From assembly GCA_009859145.1 (NCBI GenBank), contig VRVR01000004.1, positions 212,748 to 276,747 on the forward strand: a DNA stretch of 64,000 nt, in the 5' to 3' direction. Under the pieces are notes generated by a model that did no database searches, was not told the origin of the DNA, and saw nothing but the letters and a program-made list of their open reading frames with translations. The stretch comes from Andalucia godoyi And28 (taxonomy: Eukaryota > Protista > Jakobida). The position numbers were made by a program, and so were the translations under genes. This document shows, in pieces, positions 59,401-64,000 of the stretch; position 1 is the first letter of the stretch, and every line of letters begins with the position of its first letter.

Positions 59401-60640
59401 CATGGAGTTCCTTTCTACGAGATGGCTCGATTTTTGGCTGGGGTTTCTGAATGCTTTTCTTATGGGATTCTCTGCAATGTTCCTTGTACTGGCCCGAAAC
59501 GGAGACGGCGAGACATCGTCAATTGATCCTTCTGACGCAGGACTTGTTCTCACTTCGGCGGCATCCGTGCTAGGTCTTCTCAATTTCGCTGTTTTTCTGG
59601 CTGCCATGGTCGAGTCCGGTCTGAATTCTGTGGACCGCATTTTGCATTATGATTCCTTGCCTGTGGAGCCGCCAGCGCGTTTGCCATTTCCAGTGGAACC
59701 TGGGACAGCAGCCGCCGCCCCCACAACAACAAGAACAACAACAGCAATGGCACTTGAGAAGACCGTGCTGACGTGGCCGAATACTGGTCACTTGGAATTT
59801 CGAAACGTTGTAATGCGATATCGGCCGCAGTTAGAACCAGTCCTTCGTGGGATCAATTTGGATGTGCGAGCTGGTAATTCTGTCGGAATCGTTGGGCGAA
59901 CAGGAGCCGGGAAGTCCAGTTTGTTAACCGCCCTTTTTCGGATGACAGAACTCGATTCCGGGTCAATTCTCATTGATGGAGTTGACATTTCGAAGTTGGG
60001 ATTGCACACGCTTCGAGAAGCCATCACGATTATCCCGCAACATCCAGTGCTGTTCTCTGGAACACTCAGATCAAACATCGATCCTTGCAATTCAGTCTCT
60101 GACGACAAGATATGGGATGCTTTGGCACTTGCCGGTCTTGACAGCATCATCGTGGAAAGGTTCAATGGTCTACAAGAACAGAAATCCGAAGCGTCGGAGC
60201 GAGTTACGGTGGACGACAAGAAATTCAGAAAGGAGGTACTGCAACTGGAGGTTGCGGAAAGCGGATCAAATTTTTCTGTCGGCGAGCGACAGCTTCTCTG
60301 CCTTGTTCGAGCCCTTCTTCGTCCAGCAAAGATTATTGTTCTGGATGAAGCAACTGCCGATGTCGACACGGCCAGCGATCTGCGTATACAGCATGTTGTG
60401 CGAGAGCATTTGAAAGGATCAACGATCTTGACCATTGCTCATCGCATCAATACAATTATGGACGCAGATCAGATCGTCGTATTGCAGGATGGGTTGGTTG
60501 CAGAGTGTGACAGCCCTGCCGCGTTGCTGGACAATCCGAATTCGAGGTTTCGTTCTTTCGTGGACGAATACGGGCCGCAGCAAGTCCATTTCCTCTATCG
60601 CGTCGCTCACAAGCAAGCCTCCATTTTCGATGCTCAGTGA
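56492..60640 (+). CDS. ABCC/MRP-type ABC transporter (short form: TMD-NBD-TMD-NBD, no TMD0)
   Basis: NBD1 GKVGSGKSS, LSGGQKARVSLAR and LLDDP; NBD2 GRTGAGKSS, FSVGERQL and VLDEAT. Likely start at 56492. Confidence 0.95.
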   Translation: MLSPMYEKQTLTYRVGETDWPLTRSRNGYESASLVSKVFFWYLNRLILFGHRTEILSEDLWIPLKNDDPEAVNRLIEKEWQMEKKQDSRKPNLWYAFMRLDRGDVALSILLSLCGSAASFGYPVLIDLFIQWMASSRDNRDGWILVACFFILPVLINMFQSHSFLLVSRAGLRCRTAAQGLVFRKTLSISQWSRADSSTGEITNLMSSDAQKVMDALLNLPGMYGGIAQIIAALVLLYLYLGPAMFIGLLAILLIIPLSAVLAVRMTAHYTARLKISDLRAKLMSEIIFAIRILKYYAWEEKFADSVSSVRAEELRKLRQVFTQRVLMKALIFVSPVVVSLATFLAYSGFGNAMDANTVFTALSLLNLLRWPLVFLPANVVALIQGRTSTGRIQAFLSRDDVQNCALDVQDPCNQVEFHDASFSWRPHIASSVGRRIVSDNGGSSGPLSPTANMQIRRISLTIPAGQHVALVGKVGSGKSSLLQAILGELKLGGGDCRIRKGSKIAYVSQESWIRNQTLKENILFGAELDCEFYQKVLDACALSEDLLSLPAGDDTEIGEKGINLSGGQKARVSLARACYASRSADLFLLDDPLAAVDAHVGRHIFEEVICGLLRSKTVILVTQHVYPLRAMDRIVVLENGGVSFDGSLQSIAAQGFSMIGLTVESNVVSEKDVEVSAQQTLLANSYRSPVPSFVDDKSDVDAADMQLRGKRISRGNATAEEKARSTLVLEESRASGMSGRVVLWRYVQAAGGVLALCVFVPLAILAQAAFNMTDVWLSFWTNNQFGEQSFAFYAGIYAGISVGATILIWIRGQVYCLYVIVACKKLHNLCLRRVIRFPVVFFDTTPTGRIMNRFSKDMSDVDDTFPDLVENLAVIFLWQLGSLAVVAAIIPLFVVAIPPMVLLYYGIQRFYISTCRQLRRWDAVLRSPIISHFAETLQGVDVIRAFGKADSVVLQEHWLLSRKHLPASSMEFLSTRWLDFWLGFLNAFLMGFSAMFLVLARNGDGETSSIDPSDAGLVLTSAASVLGLLNFAVFLAAMVESGLNSVDRILHYDSLPVEPPARLPFPVEPGTAAAAPTTTRTTTAMALEKTVLTWPNTGHLEFRNVVMRYRPQLEPVLRGINLDVRAGNSVGIVGRTGAGKSSLLTALFRMTELDSGSILIDGVDISKLGLHTLREAITIIPQHPVLFSGTLRSNIDPCNSVSDDKIWDALALAGLDSIIVERFNGLQEQKSEASERVTVDDKKFRKEVLQLEVAESGSNFSVGERQLLCLVRALLRPAKIIVLDEATADVDTASDLRIQHVVREHLKGSTILTIAHRINTIMDADQIVVLQDGLVAECDSPAALLDNPNSRFRSFVDEYGPQQVHFLYRVAHKQASIFDAQ

Positions 60641-61114
60641 TGGATGTCCCATCGTCCCTGCATTCCCTGTTGCGCTGTGCTTTTCTTCTATCTGTATGTA
60701 TATATGTGTACATTTAAAGTTAATTTATTTCAATAGCAATAAGAGAGATTGATTGCGATTGAGACTGCAAAAACGCCTGTGCACCACCTTATGTAGTGTG
60801 TGGGAAATCCGCGATCCAGTTTTTCGCCGTTCGTAAATTTTTTAAAAAACATCCAGATCCCCCAAAGTCCCGACTCCCCGACTCCTCCCGACACACGTTC
60901 GCGGTTTCTGCCCCGCTGTCAGAACTGAGGTGTTTGGAAGTCCAAGAAGAAAAAAGGAGATTTTAAATATTATACATAAATATACATATAAAACAAACAA
61001 CCAAAGAAAAAGCAAAGAGAATAGAAAAGAAACAACAGCAGCATCGAGTCGAGTCTGCCGCATATTCCGCAGGAAGTTTCCAGCTGTCGGTGATATCGTA
61101 ACGAATTCGTAACT

Positions 61115-61882
61115 ATGCAGCGATTAGCATGGTACGCTCCACGGGCTTTATGCCTGGCGCTTTCTACGACTGCGGTGCGTCCTGTGGTTGTGGTTGATGT
61201 GCGCGACTATGATCGGTGCGAAGGAGGTCACATTCCAGGATCTCTTCACTGCCCGCACGACAGTTTCCACCGATACGTTTCCAGCAGTTCGTCCAGTCTG
61301 TCTAGTTCTTCGGACGCATCATCGGCCACGCAAGCTGCTCTGTCGGCTCTGTGCAAGTGGTACTTGCTTTCCGCGAGCACGGAGCCACGAGTGCTGCTGC
61401 CTGTGAACGACGGGTGCGTCCGGGTGCTTGCGAGCGTGCTTCGATCCATGGCTGCCTTCAAAGTCCAAAGAAAATGCCCAGATGCGACAACGCCAGTCGT
61501 TATTGATCGAGTATCGGTTGTCTTTCATTGCATGTTTTCTCAACAACGCGGCCCGAGTTCTGCCGTTGCGTTTTTGCGCTTCTTGGACTTGTTTAGCTCC
61601 TATCCTGTCCAACTGGACTCCGCAGTAATCAGCAATCAGGAGGACTCCGAAAAGGTGGAGACACTGCGAGAACTAGTAGCACTGCTGAATCAGTCGAGAA
61701 TAGAAGTCGCGGTTTTGGAAGGCGGATTCCGCGGCTGGTTCAGCGAGTTTTGCGGCGCGGTAGACGAGGATCAGTGGATTGAAGTCCACGGGGTTTCCAC
61801 TTCCGATGATTACTACAATGACCAAAAGGCTCATTCTTCTTCTTCTCCTCTTCCTCCTCTTCCTCCTCCTGCTGCCACATAG
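61115..61882 (+). CDS. Acr2/Ych1/Cdc25-like rhodanese-fold phosphatase or arsenate reductase
   Basis: Motifs VVDVRD....GGHIPGS, active-site FHCMFSQQRGP (HC-x5-R) and VLEGGF..W. Confidence 0.85.
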   Translation: MQRLAWYAPRALCLALSTTAVRPVVVVDVRDYDRCEGGHIPGSLHCPHDSFHRYVSSSSSSLSSSSDASSATQAALSALCKWYLLSASTEPRVLLPVNDGCVRVLASVLRSMAAFKVQRKCPDATTPVVIDRVSVVFHCMFSQQRGPSSAVAFLRFLDLFSSYPVQLDSAVISNQEDSEKVETLRELVALLNQSRIEVAVLEGGFRGWFSEFCGAVDEDQWIEVHGVSTSDDYYNDQKAHSSSSPLPPLPPPAAT

Positions 61883-62008
61883 AGCTATAGACACGCACAT
61901 TCCATAGTAAACAAAAAACCAGACTTTTACCCCTCTCCTCCGAATTCCAAATGAGCTGCTGTAGTGCCTTCTCTATGCACCCCCTTTCCTTTTGAGAACG
62001 GGGAAATA

Positions 62009-62098
62009 CAGTCGCATGGGTGCTCAACTGCAAATCCTCCGGAACCAAAAACAGCACGCTGACACGACCAATTGTCAGAGTCAATCGGTTCAAGTTGA
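62009..62098 (+). repeat. Left terminal inverted repeat (90 bp)
   Basis: cagtcgcatgggtgctcaactg...tcaatcggttcaagttga is the exact reverse complement of 63911-64000. Confidence 0.96.
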
Positions 62099-62250
62099 TC
62101 ACTTTTTTTTGTTTTGTTTTTGTCTAGCGTTGTCTGTTTACTTTGCGCCGTCTCATCATCAAATACATCATGTGAATCTGACGGAGGAGTTTTCGCTTAG
62201 AAATGTGCTTTGTAACGCGATCTGCGCATCCTGCCGGATCGGTCGCAACG

Positions 62251-63799
62251 TTATGTGATGGATCGCTGCACCTGTACACCGAAACCGCTCAAGTTGAGCG
62301 GCGCCGATGGATGAACCGCATTGTACTCTCCAACGAGCTCCGCTAATTCTTCGTCGCTTTCAGAAACCTTGTCAAAAAACAGCCAACCGTCATTCAAGAT
62401 CGATATTTGATAGACTTTGTGGCAATGGTTCACATACTGTTCGACGATGTGTTTTCCATGTTCGGTGAACATCATTTCTCCAATTGCCATCGTGATGCTG
62501 TTTCCAACAACTTGTGTAGTGTTTCCCGCATCTTGCAACAAGTGAGCAATTTTCCAAGACAACCAAGACCAGCATAGTTCAATGGGATTCCACGCTGGAG
62601 AATATGGAGGCAGATACACGATCTTGAAATGCTCATCTTCCAGCAATCTGATCATCTGCGTTTTGTGGAACGGGACACTGTCCAAAACAATCAATCTGCG
62701 CTTTTGCGGACCTCTGGCAGTGACAATATCTTTCAGGCGGAGGATGCATTCTGCAAACACCTGTTGGTTGCAGGATGAGTCAAAATGAGCGCCGACGATG
62801 AACCCCAGTTCTTTCGAGCAAAATCCGACGATTGTGTGGTTCGCACCGCGCATCCCTTGTGTTTCAATAAAAGTGTCACAACCAGAGTATACCCTCGCCA
62901 TGGTTTGATGATGCACATTTGACATACCCATTTCATCTCCCCAGATGATTTCGTCCCACTGATATCCGTCTATCTGGACTGGCCACTGTCTTCTCGCCCT
63001 GCGATTCTCTTCGCTGTTCCTTTGCAGTGGCATTGTACGAACCCTTTTTGAATGTCAGCCCTGCCTCCGCAAGAGCGTTGGAAACAACACCATGTTTCAA
63101 CGTCCTTCCGCCGTTTATCTCTGCGAATCGCTGGATGATTTGGCTGATGCTCCATGTGCCATGCTCAATTTGAATCAATGCCAACTGCTGCCTGTCTTGA
63201 AGAGAGAGCAGGTGAGGATGCGGCCGACTGCCGCCGTGAGCCCTCGTTGCAATGACTGATGCATCCCAGCCTGCTTGCTGAAGTCGTCGTTTGAACTGCG
63301 CCACATACGCACAGCCACCTGGGATATGGTGCTTCACAGCAAGAATGTCGTACGATGGGTGCTTGGGATCGGAGAGATCTTTTGCTAGAGCATACATGGT
63401 TCCGATAGGGCAGGACCACCTTTTCTTCGCTAGTGCCTTTTGACGCAGTTTTTCGGAGGCTTTTCGAAAGCGATCCATTTTCCTTTGATTATTCCTTTCA
63501 ATTGCACGGAGCTGCTTCTCAACCTGCATCCGCACAACTTCCTCATTTTGACCAAGGACTGCATTCCTTGCACCAATTTGCTCTCTGTAATTGGCCAGGG
63601 AGCATTCCACAATGCTCGGTGTGTCAACGAAATTGAGTCTTCTCAATAAGATTGGATCCTGCTCCGCTGGCAGGCTGGTCTGCTGTGCAAGAATAGTGGC
63701 CGCCCCACTTTGGTGGCCTTCTGATGGCTGCGGAGGAAGCGTACAGCTCGGCAGCTGGTTCATGTGGGAATCCATGACGAATTCGATGGTCCGCAACAT
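62251..63799 (-). pseudogene. IS630-like DD33E transposase split into two overlapping ORFs by one +1 frameshift (pseudogene, recoded gene or sequencing error)
   Basis: ORF A carries a paired-HTH-like region ending GLTFKK. ORF B carries RVRTMPLQRNS, IIWGDEMG (D1), LIVLDSVPFH (D2) and YLPPYSPAWNPIE (E), with 33 residues between D2 and E. Confidence 0.85.
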
Positions 63800-63910
63800 T
63801 TCTTGTGCCTTTCGGTGATGATGGTTGTTCAATATTCGGTTTAGTTTCCAGAATCTTTTCCAAGAGCAAAACGCGCCAATTTCACTTGGCGGCGAGGGGG
63901 GGAAAATATC

Positions 63911-64000
63911 TCAACTTGAACCGATTGACTCTGACAATTGGTCGTGTCAGCGTGCTGTTTTTGGTTCCGGAGGATTTGCAGTTGAGCACCCATGCGACTG
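63911..64000 (-). repeat. Right terminal inverted repeat (90 bp)
   Basis: Identical in reverse complement to 62009-62098. Confidence 0.96.

Larger units (their letters stand above)
62009..64000 (-). mobile_element. IS630/Tc1/mariner-superfamily DNA transposon, 1992 bp
   Basis: Perfect 90-bp terminal inverted repeats starting CAGT, a TA immediately to the left (62007-62008) and an internal DDE transposase. The right-hand TSD would lie just past the window end. Confidence 0.95.

Noticed and set aside
63020-63038. A 19-nt GT..AG 'intron' that would also restore the transposase frame
   Set aside because: It is far shorter than the 64-117 bp introns seen here, has no branch point, and would delete the conserved-looking RVRTMPLQR linker.
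63044-63050. Classical -1 slippery site (A-AAA-AAG type) in the transposase
   Set aside because: The heptamer is C-AAA-AAG, and the downstream catalytic ORF is in the +1 frame, not -1.
32033-64000. Fanzor remnant and IS630/Tc1 element as parts of one composite system
   Set aside because: They are about 30 kb apart with housekeeping genes between them, share no terminal sequence, and the TIR element contains no TnpB.

Overview
Gene-dense, intron-poor eukaryotic DNA from a flagellated protist (a CASC1/DNAI7 gene is present; the lineage cannot be fixed from sequence alone). About 29 protein-coding genes are packed with strongly alternating strands. The short GT-AG introns that could be resolved are 64-117 bp, with GTATGN/GTACGT donors and CTAAC-like branch points. 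Recognisable genes: EFR3 (5' end only, absent from the ORF track), Cyc8/Ssn6, Tfb2/p52, OCRL-like 5-phosphatase, CLPTM1, a bacterial-type 1-phosphofructokinase-family kinase, proline iminopeptidase, Alba, MAP2K, MtnB, a BCS1-like AAA, an L-type lectin, SNF2/BRM, a CH+RCC1 protein, CASC1, NOC3, a metallophosphoesterase, an NT-C2/coiled-coil/DIL protein, a Muted-like protein, RAD51C, UBXN11, class I PI3K, an ABCC transporter and an Acr2/Cdc25-like rhodanese. Two mobile-element signals are the most interesting. (1) A frameshifted C-terminal remnant of a TnpB/Fanzor2-type RNA-guided nuclease (32033-32300, minus strand) is followed directly by strand-specific hairpins (15-bp stem with UUCG loop and G-U pairs) in the position expected for an omegaRNA. 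(2) A 1992-bp IS630/Tc1-type DNA transposon (62009-64000) has perfect 90-bp TIRs and a left TA target site; its long transposase is split by a single +1 frameshift at TTC-AAA-AAG. No tRNA, rRNA or CRISPR array was seen.
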